The position numbers and the translations under genes were made by a program. Below, one piece after another: positions 45,499 to 55,022 of a stretch of 64,000 nucleotides of DNA. The stretch lies in the IMG/VR virus record IMGVR_UViG_2706796071_000001; one strand, given 5' to 3'. This DNA is from a virus (taxonomy: Duplodnaviria; Heunggongvirae; Uroviricota; Caudoviricetes; Herelleviridae). Each line of letters begins with the position of its first letter. Position 1 is the first letter of the stretch. Under the pieces are notes generated by a model. It was not told where the DNA came from, searched no databases, and saw only the letters and a program-made list of their open reading frames with translations.

Positions 45499-46890
45499 AT
45501 GACTATCGAAAAGAACCTGTCAGACGTTCAACAAAAGTACGCTGACCAATTCCAAGAAGACGTAGTAAAGTCATTCCAAACTGGTTATGGAATCACTCCT
45601 GATACACAAATTGACGCAGGAGCTTTACGTAGAGAAATTTTAGATGACCAAATCACAATGTTAACATGGACTAATGAAGACTTAATCTTCTATCGTGATA
45701 TCTCACGCCGTCCCGCTCAATCTACAGTAGTAAAATACGACCAATATTTACGTCATGGTAACGTAGGTCACTCTCGTTTCGTTAAAGAAATCGGAGTAGC
45801 ACCAGTATCTGACCCAAATATCCGTCAAAAAACTGTATCAATGAAATACGTTTCTGATACTAAAAATATGTCAATTGCATCAGGTTTAGTAAATAACATT
45901 GCTGACCCATCACAAATCCTTACAGAAGATGCTATCGCAGTTGTTGCAAAAACAATTGAGTGGGCTTCATTCTACGGTGACGCTTCATTAACTTCTGAAG
46001 TTGAAGGTGAAGGTCTAGAGTTTGATGGTTTAGCTAAATTAATTGACAAAAATAACGTAATTAACGCTAAAGGTAATCAATTAACTGAGAAACACTTAAA
46101 TGAGGCGGCGGTACGTATCGGTAAAGGTTTCGGTACAGCTACAGATGCTTACATGCCTATCGGTGTACACGCAGACTTCGTTAACTCAATCTTAGGTCGT
46201 CAAATGCAATTAATGCAAGACAACAGCGGTAACGTTAACACTGGTTACAGCGTAAATGGTTTCTACTCATCTCGTGGATTCATTAAATTACATGGTTCTA
46301 CAGTAATGGAAAATGAACTAATCTTAGATGAATCATTACAACCATTACCAAATGCTCCACAACCTGCTAAAGTTACAGCTACTGTTGAAACTAAGCAAAA
46401 AGGTGCTTTTGAAAATGAAGAAGACCGTGCAGGATTATCATATAAAGTAGTAGTTAACTCAGATGACGCTCAATCAGCTCCTTCTGAAGAAGTAACAGCT
46501 ACAGTATCTAACGTAGACGATGGTGTTAAACTTTCAATTAATGTTAACGCTATGTACCAACAACAACCACAATTCGTTTCTATCTACCGTCAAGGTAAAG
46601 AAACAGGTATGTACTTCCTAATCAAACGTGTACCAGTTAAAGATGCACAAGAAGACGGAACAATCGTATTCGTAGATAAGAACGAAACATTGCCTGAAAC
46701 AGCAGACGTATTTGTTGGTGAAATGTCACCACAAGTAGTTCACTTATTCGAATTACTTCCAATGATGAAATTACCATTAGCTCAAATTAATGCTTCTATT
46801 ACATTTGCAGTATTATGGTATGGTGCATTAGCATTACGTGCTCCTAAAAAATGGGCTCGTATTAAAAACGTTCGTTATATCGCAGTTTAA
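45499..46890 (+). CDS. major capsid protein
   Basis: 463 aa with RBS gaaaggtga. The position and size match the major capsid protein of phage K-like viruses. A strong terminator follows. Confidence 0.85.
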   Translation: MTIEKNLSDVQQKYADQFQEDVVKSFQTGYGITPDTQIDAGALRREILDDQITMLTWTNEDLIFYRDISRRPAQSTVVKYDQYLRHGNVGHSRFVKEIGVAPVSDPNIRQKTVSMKYVSDTKNMSIASGLVNNIADPSQILTEDAIAVVAKTIEWASFYGDASLTSEVEGEGLEFDGLAKLIDKNNVINAKGNQLTEKHLNEAAVRIGKGFGTATDAYMPIGVHADFVNSILGRQMQLMQDNSGNVNTGYSVNGFYSSRGFIKLHGSTVMENELILDESLQPLPNAPQPAKVTATVETKQKGAFENEEDRAGLSYKVVVNSDDAQSAPSEEVTATVSNVDDGVKLSINVNAMYQQQPQFVSIYRQGKETGMYFLIKRVPVKDAQEDGTIVFVDKNETLPETADVFVGEMSPQVVHLFELLPMMKLPLAQINASITFAVLWYGALALRAPKKWARIKNVRYIAV

Positions 46891-46920
46891 TAGAATAAGA
46901 AAAACTGAATACAAGAGAAT

Positions 46921-46953
46921 AGGGATAAACTTAGGGTTTATCCCTTTTTTATT
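46921..46953 (+). terminator. rho-independent terminator after the capsid gene
   Basis: Hairpin agggataaacttagggtttatccct, followed by ttttttatt. Confidence 0.65.
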
Positions 46954-46981
46954 AAAATAAACTTGAAGGGATTTAATAAAT

Positions 46982-47278
46982 ATGTTATACTATAAGAAAC
47001 TATTAGATAAAAAAATGGCTACTGTTTATGGTACAGTGGAGATTGACAAAGATGGAGTAGTCAAAGGATTAACTAAAGAACAAGAAAAAGAATTTGCCAA
47101 TGTTCCAGGTTTTGAATTTGAAGAAGAAAAGAAAACTACTAGAAAACAATCAGCTTCTACTAGTAAAGAAGAAGAGCCTAAGGAAGAGGAAAAGAAAGCC
47201 TCTACTAGAAAAACTACAAATACTACTAGAAAATCTACAGCACGTAAAACAACAGCCAAAAAAGATGAAAATAAGTAA
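46982..47278 (+). CDS. small Lys-rich protein
   Basis: 98 aa with a basic, low-complexity C-terminus. Confidence 0.45.
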   Translation: MLYYKKLLDKKMATVYGTVEIDKDGVVKGLTKEQEKEFANVPGFEFEEEKKTTRKQSASTSKEEEPKEEEKKASTRKTTNTTRKSTARKTTAKKDENK

Positions 47279-47290
47279 AGGGTGAATTAA

Positions 47291-48199
47291 ATGGTTAACT
47301 CAATGTTTGGAGGGGACTTAGACCCTTATGAAAAATCATTAAACTATGAATATCCTTATCATCCTAGTGGTAATCCTAAACACATAGATGTAAGTGAGAT
47401 AGATAATTTAACATTAGCTGATTATGGATGGTCACCGGATGCAGTTAAAGCATATATGTTCGGTATTGTAGTTCAAAATCCTGATACAGGACAGCCTATG
47501 GGTGACGAGTTCTATAACCATATATTGGAAAGAGCGGTAGGTAAAGCTGAAAGAGCATTAGATATATCTATACTACCTGACACTCAACATGAGATGAGAG
47601 ATTATCATGAGACAGAGTTTAATAGTTACATGTTTGTACATGCTTACAGAAAACCTATATTACAGGTAGAGAACTTACAGCTACAGTTTAATGGTAGACC
47701 TATATATAAATACCCTGCTAACTGGTGGAAAGTAGAGCATCTAGCAGGACATGTTCAATTATTCCCTACAGCACTTATGCAAACAGGACAATCAATGTCA
47801 TACGATGCAGTATTCAATGGATACCCTCAATTAGCAGGTGTATACCCACCATCAGGAGCAACATTTGCACCTCAAATGATACGATTAGAATATGTATCAG
47901 GTATGCTTCCACGTAAAAAAGCAGGAAGAAATAAACCTTGGGAAATGCCTCCTGAGTTAGAACAGTTAGTTATAAAATATGCATTGAAAGAAATATACCA
48001 AGTATGGGGTAACTTAATTATTGGTGCCGGTATTGCTAATAAAACATTAGAAGTAGACGGTATTACAGAGACAATAGGTACTACTCAATCAGCTATGTAT
48101 GGTGGAGCTAGTGCTCAGATACTTCAAATAAATGAAGATATAAAAGAACTATTAGATGGTTTAAGAGCTTACTTTGGATATAATATGATAGGATTATAA
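47291..48199 (+). CDS. virion structural protein (head-tail joining region)
   Basis: 302-aa ORF in the late structural operon. Confidence 0.55.
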   Translation: MVNSMFGGDLDPYEKSLNYEYPYHPSGNPKHIDVSEIDNLTLADYGWSPDAVKAYMFGIVVQNPDTGQPMGDEFYNHILERAVGKAERALDISILPDTQHEMRDYHETEFNSYMFVHAYRKPILQVENLQLQFNGRPIYKYPANWWKVEHLAGHVQLFPTALMQTGQSMSYDAVFNGYPQLAGVYPPSGATFAPQMIRLEYVSGMLPRKKAGRNKPWEMPPELEQLVIKYALKEIYQVWGNLIIGAGIANKTLEVDGITETIGTTQSAMYGGASAQILQINEDIKELLDGLRAYFGYNMIGL

Positions 48200-48212
48200 G
48201 GAGGGTTAGAAA

Positions 48213-49091
48213 ATGGAAAAACCGTATATGATAGGAGCCAACTCTAACCCTAATATTATTAATAAGTCAACAACATATACTACTACAACACAAGCAGATG
48301 AACAAGATAAACCTAAGTATACTACTAGATTAGAGTTCGATACTATTGATATGATTAGGTTTATTAATGACCGAGGTATAAAAGTACTATGGGAAGAAGC
48401 ATATTTCTGTCCGTGCCTTAACCCTGATACAGGTCATCCTAGAGTAGATTGTCCTAGATGTCATGGTAAAGGTATTGCTTATTTACCTCCTAAAAAGACT
48501 ATAATGGCAATACAGTCTCAAGAGAAAGGAACTAACCAATTAGATATAGGAATATTAGATACAGGTACTGCAATAGGTACAACTCAATTAGAAAAGAGAA
48601 TCTCCTATAGAGATAGATTTACTGTTCCTGAGGTATTAATGCCTCAACAAATGATTTATTTTGTAAATAAAGATAGGATTAAAAAAGGTATTCCATTATA
48701 CTACGATGTAAAAGAAGTAACTTATATAGCCACTCAAGATGGTACAGTCTATGAAGAAGATTATGAAATTAAGAATAACAGATTGTATTTAAATGAAAAA
48801 TATGAGAATCATACAGTAACTTTAAAGATACTTATGACTTTAAGATATGTAGTATCAGATATACTAAAGGAAAGTCGTTATCAATATACTAAATTTAATC
48901 AACCTAAATCAAAATTTGAAAACTTACCTCAAAAATTACTTCTTAAAAGGGAAGATGTTATTGTACTACAAGACCCTTATAAAGTTAATGATGGTATAGA
49001 AGAAGACCTAGAAATTCAAGTAGATGACCCTAAAGCTTCCGCATCTAATCCTAGTAATTTAGGTGGATTCTTCGGAGGTGCATTTAAATAA
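48213..49091 (+). CDS. virion structural protein
   Basis: 292-aa ORF. RBS aaggagggttagaaaATG. Confidence 0.55.
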   Translation: MEKPYMIGANSNPNIINKSTTYTTTTQADEQDKPKYTTRLEFDTIDMIRFINDRGIKVLWEEAYFCPCLNPDTGHPRVDCPRCHGKGIAYLPPKKTIMAIQSQEKGTNQLDIGILDTGTAIGTTQLEKRISYRDRFTVPEVLMPQQMIYFVNKDRIKKGIPLYYDVKEVTYIATQDGTVYEEDYEIKNNRLYLNEKYENHTVTLKILMTLRYVVSDILKESRYQYTKFNQPKSKFENLPQKLLLKREDVIVLQDPYKVNDGIEEDLEIQVDDPKASASNPSNLGGFFGGAFK

Positions 49092-49711
49092 TGCCAGTTC
49101 ACGGAAAGAGACCTAATTTATTTAAAAATAAAAACTATAAGCAGGTAGGTAAGAGAACCATTGATGGTATGCGTTCAGAAGTTCTTGATAAGTTACAAGC
49201 AACAGCACAACAAGTAGAGAATACCAGTATTAAACGTATGCCTACTTACCTACAGGTAACAGAGAAAAAGTTAGAAAAAGAAGGAGTAGTAGACCTTAAA
49301 AAAGCTTTTGCTCACTCATCTAAAAAGAAAACTAGTAAAGATGGTGGATGGTATTTAACCGTACCAATCCGCATTAAAACTAGTAGAATGAATAACAGTA
49401 CTTACCAAGATATGAGGACTTTAAAAGTAGATAGAGGTACAGGTTCAGTTTCTAAGATAACTGATTATCTAGAAGGACGTAGAAAGAATGTAAGTCATCC
49501 TTCAATGAAACCGGAACCTATGACCCATAATATGACTAAAGTTAAAAGAGGAAAGCAATCTTCTTACTTTATATTTAGAACTGTTTCTAGTAAGTCACCT
49601 GCTAGTTCTTGGATACTTAATAGGGATAAAGTTAATGAGAATAATTTCTCTAAAACAACTCTAAAAACTGTTAAGCAATTAATGAACTGGAAGATGAAAA
49701 ATTTAAATTAA
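49091..49711 (+). CDS. virion structural protein
   Basis: 206 aa, translationally coupled (taATG). Confidence 0.5.
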   Translation: MPVHGKRPNLFKNKNYKQVGKRTIDGMRSEVLDKLQATAQQVENTSIKRMPTYLQVTEKKLEKEGVVDLKKAFAHSSKKKTSKDGGWYLTVPIRIKTSRMNNSTYQDMRTLKVDRGTGSVSKITDYLEGRRKNVSHPSMKPEPMTHNMTKVKRGKQSSYFIFRTVSSKSPASSWILNRDKVNENNFSKTTLKTVKQLMNWKMKNLN

Positions 49712-49729
49712 GAGGAGGGTCAGTATTAA

Positions 49730-50566
49730 ATGGCAATAACATCAGTTGATTCATATTTATTATCAGAAATAAAGCCTAGACTTAACACTGTGCTAGAGAA
49801 TTGTTATATTATAGATGAAGTTTTAAAAGACTTTGATTATCAAACTAGAGAGAGCTTTAAAGAAGCTTTCTGTGGTAAGAATGCACAACATGAAGTAACG
49901 GTAGGATTTAACTTCCCAAAATTTAAAAATAACTATGAAGCTCATTACTTGATACAATTAGGTCAAGGACAAGAGACAAAAAACTCTTTAGGGAGTATTC
50001 AGTCATCTTACTTTGAGGCAACAGGAGATACCTTAGTCGAATCTTCTACAGCAATAAGAGAAGATGATAAGTTAGTTTTTACTGTTTCTAAACCTATAGG
50101 AGAGTTAATAAAAGTAGAAGATATAGAGTTTGCCAAATATGATAATCTTCAAGTCGAAGGTAATAAGGTATCATTTAAGTACCAAACAAATGAAGATTAT
50201 GAGAATTATAATGCTAATATTATCTTTACTGAAAAGAAAAATGATTCTAAAGGTTTAGTAAAAGGATTCACAGTTGAAGAACAAGTAACAGTTGTAGGTC
50301 TATCATTTAATGTAGACGTTGCACGATGTTTGGATGCTGTATTAAAAATGATTTTAATATCTATGAGAGATAGTATAGAGGAGCAACAAACATTCCAATT
50401 ACAGAATTTGTCCTTTGGTGATATTGCACCAATAATAGAAGATGGTGACTCAATGATTTTTGGTAGACCAACAATTATTAAGTACACAAGTTCTCTAGAC
50501 CTGGATTATACTATTACACAAGATATTAATAAACTAACTTTTAAAGAAAGAAAGGATTGGAAGTAG
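49730..50566 (+). CDS. virion structural protein
   Basis: 278 aa. RBS aagaggagggtcagtattaaATG. Confidence 0.55.
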   Translation: MAITSVDSYLLSEIKPRLNTVLENCYIIDEVLKDFDYQTRESFKEAFCGKNAQHEVTVGFNFPKFKNNYEAHYLIQLGQGQETKNSLGSIQSSYFEATGDTLVESSTAIREDDKLVFTVSKPIGELIKVEDIEFAKYDNLQVEGNKVSFKYQTNEDYENYNANIIFTEKKNDSKGLVKGFTVEEQVTVVGLSFNVDVARCLDAVLKMILISMRDSIEEQQTFQLQNLSFGDIAPIIEDGDSMIFGRPTIIKYTSSLDLDYTITQDINKLTFKERKDWK

Positions 50567-50567
50567 G

Positions 50568-50783
50568 ATGGCTAGAAAAAAGACACCTGAAAATAACACT
50601 CCTAAATTCAATGGTTATGTTCATATAGATACATTCCTTGATACTGCAAAAACCCTTTTTAACATGAGGGATTCACAAGTAGCAGGATTTAAAGCTTATA
50701 TGGAAGGTAGTCATTATTTGTTTAGTGAGCAAGAATTCTTACCATCATTAGAGAAGTATTTAGGTAGGAAATTAGATATATAA
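50568..50783 (+). CDS. small structural-module protein
   Basis: 71 aa. RBS ggattggaagtaggATG. Confidence 0.45.
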   Translation: MARKKTPENNTPKFNGYVHIDTFLDTAKTLFNMRDSQVAGFKAYMEGSHYLFSEQEFLPSLEKYLGRKLDI

Positions 50784-50809
50784 TAACATTCAGATAAGGA
50801 GAATTAAAT

Positions 50810-52573
50810 ATGGCAGTAGAACCATTCCCAAGAAGACCTATTACCCGTCCTCATGCATCTATTGAAGTAGATACTTCAGGTATCGGTGGCTCAGCAGGTT
50901 CAAGTGAAAAAGTATTTTGCTTAATCGGTCAGGCTGAAGGCGGAGAACCAAATACAGTTTACGAATTACGTAACTATGCACAAGCTAAACGTTTATTCCG
51001 TTCAGGAGAATTGCTTGATGCAATTGAATTAGCATGGGGCTCAAACCCTAACTATACAGCAGGTAAGATTTTAGCTATGCGTATAGAAGATGCTAAACCT
51101 GCAACAGCAGAAGTTGGTGGACTAAAAGTAACTTCTAAAATATACGGTAATGTTGCTAACAACATTCAAGTAGGATTGGAAAAGAACACACTAAGTGATT
51201 CATTACGTTTAAGAGTAATATTCCAAGATGACCGTTTCAATGAGGTTTATGATAATATCGGTAATATCTTCACAATCAAGTATAAAGGAGAAGAAGCTAA
51301 CGCAACTTTTTCTGTAGAACATGATGAAGAAACTCAAAAAGCAAGTCGTTTAGTATTAAAAGTTGGAGACCAAGAAGTTAAGTCATATGATTTAACTGGT
51401 GGAGCTTATGACTATACTAATGCTATTATTACAGACATTAATCAATTACCTGATTTTGAAGCTAAATTATCACCTTTTGGAGATAAGAACTTAGAATCTA
51501 GTAAATTAGATAAAATTGAAAATGCAAATATTAAAGACAAAGCTGTATATGTTAAAGCAGTTTTCGGTGACTTAGAAAAACAAACAGCCTATAACGGTAT
51601 TGTATCTTTCGAGCAACTTAATGCAGAAGGTGAAGTACCAAGTAATGTAGAGGTTGAAGCAGGAGAAGAATCAGCTACAGTAACTGCTACTTCACCTATT
51701 AAAACTATTGAACCGTTTGAATTAACTAAGTTAAAAGGCGGTACTAACGGTGAACCACCTGCTACATGGGCAGATAAATTAGATAAATTTGCACATGAAG
51801 GCGGATACTACATTGTTCCATTATCATCTAAACAATCAGTTCATGCAGAGGTAGCTTCTTTCGTTAAAGAACGTTCTGACGCAGGAGAACCAATGAGAGC
51901 TATTGTTGGTGGAGGATTCAATGAATCTAAAGAACAATTGTTCGGTAGACAAGCATCATTATCTAATCCACGTGTATCATTAGTAGCTAACTCAGGTACT
52001 TTTGTTATGGATGATGGACGTAAAAACCATGTACCTGCTTATATGGTAGCCGTAGCTTTAGGTGGTCTTGCAAGTGGTTTAGAAATCGGTGAATCAATCA
52101 CATTCAAACCATTACGTGTAAGTTCATTAGACCAAATCTATGAATCAATAGACTTAGATGAATTAAATGAAAATGGTATTATTAGTATAGAGTTTGTTCG
52201 TAACCGTACTAATACATTCTTCAGAATCGTTGATGACGTAACTACATTCAACGATAAATCAGACCCAGTTAAGGCTGAAATGGCTGTTGGAGAAGCTAAT
52301 GACTTCTTAGTAAGTGAGCTTAAAGTTCAACTTGAAGACCAATTTATTGGTACTCGTACTATCAATACAAGTGCTTCAATTATTAAAGACTTTATTCAAT
52401 CTTACTTGGGTCGTAAGAAACGTGATAATGAAATTCAAGACTTCCCTGCTGAAGACGTACAAGTTATTGTTGAAGGTAACGAAGCAAGAATTTCAATGAC
52501 AGTTTACCCAATCAGAAGCTTCAAGAAAATCTCTGTTAGCTTGGTTTACAAGCAACAGACATTACAAGCCTAA
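50810..52573 (+). CDS. tail sheath protein
   Basis: 587 aa. RBS aaggagaattaaatATG. The size and position match the sheath of phage K-like myoviruses. Confidence 0.85.
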   Translation: MAVEPFPRRPITRPHASIEVDTSGIGGSAGSSEKVFCLIGQAEGGEPNTVYELRNYAQAKRLFRSGELLDAIELAWGSNPNYTAGKILAMRIEDAKPATAEVGGLKVTSKIYGNVANNIQVGLEKNTLSDSLRLRVIFQDDRFNEVYDNIGNIFTIKYKGEEANATFSVEHDEETQKASRLVLKVGDQEVKSYDLTGGAYDYTNAIITDINQLPDFEAKLSPFGDKNLESSKLDKIENANIKDKAVYVKAVFGDLEKQTAYNGIVSFEQLNAEGEVPSNVEVEAGEESATVTATSPIKTIEPFELTKLKGGTNGEPPATWADKLDKFAHEGGYYIVPLSSKQSVHAEVASFVKERSDAGEPMRAIVGGGFNESKEQLFGRQASLSNPRVSLVANSGTFVMDDGRKNHVPAYMVAVALGGLASGLEIGESITFKPLRVSSLDQIYESIDLDELNENGIISIEFVRNRTNTFFRIVDDVTTFNDKSDPVKAEMAVGEANDFLVSELKVQLEDQFIGTRTINTSASIIKDFIQSYLGRKKRDNEIQDFPAEDVQVIVEGNEARISMTVYPIRSFKKISVSLVYKQQTLQA

Positions 52574-52645
52574 TCTAGGTGATGGAGTACCTGGATTAGG
52601 TACTCCTATTAATATAATTTGAATACTTTAGGAGAGTGAATACAG

Positions 52646-52984
52646 ATGGCATCAGAAGCTAAACAAACCGTCCATACTGGTAATACCGTCCTACTTATGA
52701 TTAAAGGTAAACCGGTAGGAAGAGCACAATCAGCATCAGGTCAACGTGAATACGGTACAACTGGTGTATACGAAATCGGTTCTATCATGCCTCAAGAACA
52801 CGTATACTTACGTTATGAAGGTACAATTACAGTAGAACGTTTACGTATGAAAAAAGAAAACTTTGCAGATTTAGGATATGCTTCACTTGGTGAAGAAATT
52901 CTTAAGAAAGATATCATTGATATTTTAGTAGTAGATAACTTAACTAAACAAGTTATTATCTCATATCATGGTTTAACTAAATAG
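52646..52984 (+). CDS. tail tube protein, 5' exon as called. The true 3' end probably continues through two introns.
   Basis: 112-aa ORF directly after the sheath gene. RBS taggagagtgaatacagATG. Its stop codon falls inside a region homologous to the start of a second intron-like copy. Confidence 0.7.
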   Translation: MASEAKQTVHTGNTVLLMIKGKPVGRAQSASGQREYGTTGVYEIGSIMPQEHVYLRYEGTITVERLRMKKENFADLGYASLGEEILKKDIIDILVVDNLTKQVIISYHGLTK

Positions 52985-53276
52985 ACCCCTTGTACAGTGA
53001 TGTGCATTGAATAATACCTTAAATTGCTAGAACATCGTAAAGCTAACTAAACTACAACGTAACTTGAAAGAGTAAACGTGAATGTTGAGAAATCAGAAAA
53101 AATTAGTTAGATGGTATATGGTTAAATCCTAAGTACTATATAATCGACAATTAGCATCGAAGCTCTTGTAAAATGGAGAACGTTCAACGACTATAATAGG
53201 TAAGTCTTAGTTACACATTAAGATTATGGTATAGTCTAGTCCCTTTAAAATATATCGAAAGATAGGGTATAAACGG
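52985..53276 (+). other. group I intron-like element A (ORF-less, about 290 nt)
   Basis: Contains the P7/S-like core TAAGATTATGGTATAGTCTAGTCC (about 53219-53243). A second copy at 53353-53647 shares 60-80% identity at its ends and a diverged middle. It ends ...GGGTATAAACGG. Confidence 0.5.
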
Positions 53277-53352
53277 TTCAGCAAATAACTACAATGAAAC
53301 TTGGCAGACAAATGAAATTGTAACAGAAGAAATTGAGTTTAGTTACCTTTAA
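53277..53352 (+). CDS. candidate internal exon, or 3' exon, of the tail tube gene (about 24 codons)
   Basis: Frame 53278-53352 reads SANNYNETWQTNEIVTEEIEFSYL with no ATG and no RBS. It is flanked by the two intron-like elements. Its stop sits at the position homologous to the exon-1 stop. Confidence 0.35.
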
Positions 53353-53647
53353 CTAATAGAGGCTATGTTTGGTGACAAGCATAGAAAACACTTTAAATTG
53401 CGTGAAAGTCTTAAAGACTAGATAACTACAAAGTAACCTGAAAGGGTAAGCTTGAATGTTGAGAAATCAGAAAAAATATCTAGTATAGTATATGGTTAAA
53501 CCCTAAGTACAATAAAATAGATGATACGCAGGCAAGCCTACGAGAGTGGGAAGCTTCAACGACTATAATAAGTGAGTCTTAGTTACACATTAAGATTATG
53601 GTATAGTCTACTCCCTTTAAAATATATCGAAAGATAGGGTACAAAGG
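53353..53647 (+). other. group I intron-like element B (ORF-less, about 295 nt)
   Basis: Core TAAGATTATGGTATAGTCTACTCC at about 53590-53614. It ends ...GGGTACAAAGG. A short downstream coding segment (53648 to about 53674) and a strong terminator follow. Confidence 0.5.
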
Positions 53648-53686
53648 ACAGCATCAGATAAAGCTAGAACTTAAATTTCTTATTAA

Positions 53687-53718
53687 GACCTAACAATAAA
53701 AGTTAGGTCTTTTTTTAT
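53687..53718 (+). terminator. rho-independent terminator closing the sheath/tube unit
   Basis: Hairpin agacctaacaataaaagttaggtct followed by a T7 run. Confidence 0.7.
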
Positions 53719-53746
53719 TGACAATATATAAAAGTTATGGTACACT
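53718..53746 (+). promoter_or_regulatory. sigma-A-like promoter for the free-standing endonuclease gene (weak -10)
   Basis: TTGACAatatataaaagttatggTACACT. Confidence 0.4.
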
Positions 53747-53769
53747 TATGATATATTAATAATAGGAAG

Positions 53770-54783
53770 GTGATATCAATGATATATTCAGATAAAGTAT
53801 TAGGTTCTCACGGAGAACGATTAGTAGATTCAATTTTAGGTTTTAATAGTATGAAGTATAAACGAGAATATTCTTTTAAGAACAGCATAGGTACAAAACA
53901 AAGAATGGATTTTTTAGTAGAATACCAAGGAAAATTTTATTGTATTGAATACATGGGTGAGCAACATTATAGACAAGTATTTAATTTAGATTTTGATAGA
54001 ATAAAATTACTTGACAGAATTAAAAAAGAGTATTGTGATAGTAATAATATAATTTATATAGATATAAGCTATAAAAATAGAACTTTGGAGAAAGTATATC
54101 AAATTTTAAGAAACTACTTTACAGAAATTAAGAAACCTGATACAGTAGAAGTATACACTACTTCTTTAAAATTTAATGGAGATATTAATGTCTACACAAA
54201 GAATGGGCGTTACTTATATACAGGTAGTTATAATGATATTATTAATAAGTATGAGCTTACTGATAGTAATTTTTATAAATGTTTAATTGGAGAACTAAAC
54301 TCTACATCAGGATATAAATTTAGCTTAGAGGATGAAGAACAAGAATTAGAAAGAAAGACTTATGTGGAGACAAGAAGAATTAAAAAAGAAGAGAGTTTTA
54401 AGAAAGCACCAAGAAAAACAACATCAATAGCTATGTATGATTTAGATAAAAATGAAGAAACTATATTTAAATCTATTAAAGAGTGTGAAATTGAGACTGG
54501 AATAAAAGGGGTATCTTCTTACTTATATGGTAATATTGATAGACTTACTTTGAATAATAAAATGTTTAGACTAGTAGATGAAGAATACAAATATACACCT
54601 GAAGAAGCACGTAAAAGAAGCCAAAAGAAAATGATTAAAGGAACTCACATTGTTACAGGTGAAACAGTTGAGGGAACTGTTAATGAAGTAGCTAGATTAA
54701 TTAATGCATCCGCACCAAATATAAGTAAAGTTTTAAAAGGTAAAAGTAATAGTTGTAAAAAGTACAAATTTATTTACCTATAA
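53770..54783 (+). CDS. free-standing homing-endonuclease-like protein: N-terminal Vsr/DUF559-like nuclease domain plus C-terminal NUMOD-type HTH motifs
   Basis: N-terminus GERLVDSILGF...RMDFLVEYQGKFYCIEYMGEQHY aligns with the C-terminal domain of the terL intron ORF. The C-terminus has IKECEIETGIKGVSSYLYG and VNEVARLINASAPNISKVLKG, which look like NUMOD helix-turn-helix motifs. Confidence 0.6.
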   Translation: MISMIYSDKVLGSHGERLVDSILGFNSMKYKREYSFKNSIGTKQRMDFLVEYQGKFYCIEYMGEQHYRQVFNLDFDRIKLLDRIKKEYCDSNNIIYIDISYKNRTLEKVYQILRNYFTEIKKPDTVEVYTTSLKFNGDINVYTKNGRYLYTGSYNDIINKYELTDSNFYKCLIGELNSTSGYKFSLEDEEQELERKTYVETRRIKKEESFKKAPRKTTSIAMYDLDKNEETIFKSIKECEIETGIKGVSSYLYGNIDRLTLNNKMFRLVDEEYKYTPEEARKRSQKKMIKGTHIVTGETVEGTVNEVARLINASAPNISKVLKGKSNSCKKYKFIYL

Positions 54784-54963
54784 CCCTTGACCGACATCAA
54801 GGGTTATGCTACTATATAAATACAAAGGAGATGTACTAAGTGGCAAATAAAAGAAAAACAATAGGTAAAATGAGTAATACAAGGGCAACATGGAATATTA
54901 ACCCTGTAACTAAAGTTAAGAAAGATAAAACAAAATATTCTAGAAAAAATAAGCATAAAGGTA

Positions 54964-54992
54964 TTGACAAATATAATTAAATACAGTATACT
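54964..54992 (+). promoter_or_regulatory. consensus sigma-A promoter
   Basis: TTGACAaatataattaaatacagTATACT, followed by RBS aaggagg and the ATG at 55023. Confidence 0.6.
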
Positions 54993-55022
54993 AAGAGTAT
55001 AACAAATAAGGAGGAGAATTAT

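Noticed and set aside
52985-53650. Tandem 290-bp repeats interpreted as a simple intergenic duplication or a mini-satellite
   Set aside because: The ends are conserved and the centres diverged. Each copy carries the group I P7/S core AAGAT(T)ATAGTC. Open, start-less coding frames abut both copies. Intron-like elements explain this better than a passive duplication.
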